Shown here in pieces: positions 62,386 to 64,000 of a DNA stretch of 64,000 nucleotides; position 1 is the first letter of the stretch; the number at the start of each line of letters is the position of its first letter. The DNA comes from a virus, in IMG/VR virus record IMGVR_UViG_3300021599_001992, positions 22,066 through 86,065 of that record; one strand, written 5' to 3'. The translations under genes were made by a program, and so were the position numbers. Below the pieces are notes generated by a model. It ran no database searches, was not told where the DNA came from, and was given only the letters and a program-made list of their open reading frames with translations.

Positions 62386-63183
62386 ATGTCATTTAATATA
62401 ACGATATCAGGAATTACAGGAGGGACACAAATATCAACAGTACAAATTTTAGAATGTACTGATGGTGATTGTAATTCTTGTACACTAATTCCATCATATG
62501 GAAGTGTTTTATTGTCAACATTAAACACTCCTGGCATCACGATTACAAACATTAATGATAACACATCATATATTAAAATAGCACCTAATGGAGTATGTAG
62601 TGGAAATACATTGTGTTTACCGGTACAAAACAAACCAACACCCACACCTACTCCTACACCAACTGCAACTCCTACTCCTACACCAACCGTAACTCCTACA
62701 CCAACCGTAACTCCTACACCAACCGTAACTCCTACACCAACTGCAACCCCTACTCCTACACCAACAGATACGCCAACGCCAACTCCAACCGTAACTCCTA
62801 CACCAACACCAACTCCCACAGTTACACCAACACAATTATTTTGGTCAATAACAGAAAATGCTGGAGGAGGAATAACAATATATGATAAAGATAATAACAT
62901 ATTGTTAAATGAAAATGTAACATTATCAGAATCGGGAAAAAATGGAACATTAACCGTAAGTGAATTGGTATTACCATATAAAATAAAAGGATTTTGGCAA
63001 AACGGATCAGGTAATATAGTGAATTTTATAGTTTGTGATTTATCAACTCCAATTCAATTGTACACAAGTGTACCAATCGATAACTTTGTTGGATATGATG
63101 AATATATTGTCGATCCAACACCATTAAATGTTTCTGTTACAATGTGGAAAGACGGTCAACCATCGGCAATTTGTCCAATATAA
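62386..63183 (+). CDS. Cys-containing structural protein with long TP linker
   Basis: 265 aa; two small beta domains joined by roughly 65 aa of TP repeat. Confidence 0.7.
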   Translation: MSFNITISGITGGTQISTVQILECTDGDCNSCTLIPSYGSVLLSTLNTPGITITNINDNTSYIKIAPNGVCSGNTLCLPVQNKPTPTPTPTPTATPTPTPTVTPTPTVTPTPTVTPTPTATPTPTPTDTPTPTPTVTPTPTPTPTVTPTQLFWSITENAGGGITIYDKDNNILLNENVTLSESGKNGTLTVSELVLPYKIKGFWQNGSGNIVNFIVCDLSTPIQLYTSVPIDNFVGYDEYIVDPTPLNVSVTMWKDGQPSAICPI

Positions 63184-63210
63184 ATTAATTAAAATATGAA
63201 CAAAATATAA

Positions 63211-64000
63211 ATGGCAACTTTAACTATAAATTGGACACCACCTGTGAGTTGTATAGGTTGTACTTTTGAATATAGATATAAACTATCATCAGATGTTACA
63301 TATACAACAGGTACAACTTCAAGTTCACCTTTAGTAATCACATCCCTAACCGATGGTGAAACTTATGACTATGGTATGAGGACCGATTGCGGAGGAATTA
63401 AAAGTGATTGGACATCTTCATCGACAGTTACCTGTGGTGGAGGAGAAATAATTCCACCAACACCTACACCTACCACAACTCCAACACCTACTCCCACTGC
63501 AACACCAACCGATACTCCAACGCCAACTTCAACCGCCACACCCACACCAACACCTACCACAACTCCAACACCTACACCTACCACAACTCCAACACCTACT
63601 CCCACTGCAACACCAACGCCAACCCCAACACCGACTATACAGTTATATTTATCGTCAACAATTAACGGTGCGTGTGGACAAGTTAGTGGACAAATATTAA
63701 CAAATGTTTCATTTACAGGAGGTCCTGATTATTGTAATTATACAACATTAAATTCAACTGAAATTCCACCACTATCAAATGGTACGTACTATGTTTCTGA
63801 CGGTGTTAATGTAAGATCATGGACCAAAGACACAACACCATCAGTCTTATTTAACCCTTCATCGTGTACACCATGTACAACACCTACACCAACCGATACT
63901 CCAACGCCAACACCCACAGAAGCTTCAATGATACCTTTAACTATTAGATGCACATCATTTGCGTCACATAGTGAAACAGATTTAAGAGTATGGGTTAAAG
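63211..64000 (+). CDS. Fibronectin type III domain protein with TP linkers (3'-truncated, not in ORF track)
   Basis: Manual translation: MATLTINWTPP...FEYRYK...LVITSLTDGETYDYGMRTDCGGIKSDW (FN3), then TP tracts; frame open to the window end. Confidence 0.75.
   Translation, partial: MATLTINWTPPVSCIGCTFEYRYKLSSDVTYTTGTTSSSPLVITSLTDGETYDYGMRTDCGGIKSDWTSSSTVTCGGGEIIPPTPTPTTTPTPTPTATPTDTPTPTSTATPTPTPTTTPTPTPTTTPTPTPTATPTPTPTPTIQLYLSSTINGACGQVSGQILTNVSFTGGPDYCNYTTLNSTEIPPLSNGTYYVSDGVNVRSWTKDTTPSVLFNPSSCTPCTTPTPTDTPTPTPTEASMIPLTIRCTSFASHSETDLRVWVK
63910..64000 (+). repeat. Direct repeat copy 2 (runs to window end)
   Basis: Identical to 62016-62106 and in frame with the 63211 ORF. Confidence 0.95.

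Noticed and set aside
62367-63665. Minus-strand VGVGVG ORFs and alternative-frame TNTY ORFs
   Set aside because: Shadows of the TP-coding repeats.
62016-64000. Diversity-generating retroelement TR/VR pair
   Set aside because: The two copies are identical, with no adenine-specific mismatches, and no reverse transcriptase is in the window.
1-64000. Stop-codon reassignment (alternative genetic code)
   Set aside because: Core genes are full length in code 11, and TAA, TAG and TGA all terminate genes. The breaks seen are frame changes, not in-frame stops.

Overview
The window is a 64-kb segment of a large, AT-rich, T4-like (contractile-tailed) tailed phage in the standard genetic code. Weak or absent Shine-Dalgarno motifs and A-rich leaders suggest a Bacteroidota host (inference). 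It holds neck, tail and baseplate genes (neck, head closure, tail terminator, sheath, tube, gp26-like chaperone, tape measure, very large hub proteins, gp25, baseplate J/gp6, gp7-like). These are interleaved with replication and nucleotide-metabolism genes (family B polymerase, SNF2 helicase, gp32-like SSB, UvsX/RecA, 5'-3' exonuclease, DnaB-like helicase, NrdJ-like RNR). Both ends carry modular fibre/adhesin genes with (Thr-Pro)n linkers. Main items for follow-up: (1) a probable +1/-2 programmed frameshift (UUU UUU CGC) extending the gp26-like chaperone into a hidden 50-codon frame; (2) a second +1 junction (AAA AAA UAA) splitting the tape measure gene; (3) a 2266-aa fibre built from eight proline-free Gly-Ser/Thr-Ser triplet tracts separating globular modules; (4) a TP-linker cassette region with an exact 91-bp module duplication and frameshifted genes; (5) a degenerate Hint fold in the gp7-like protein; (6) a parS-like palindrome in a structured intergenic region; (7) a TATTTAT motif upstream of nearly every transcription unit. 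No tRNA, rRNA, CRISPR array or transposon was seen. All calls come from motif recognition by eye; no database searches were run.
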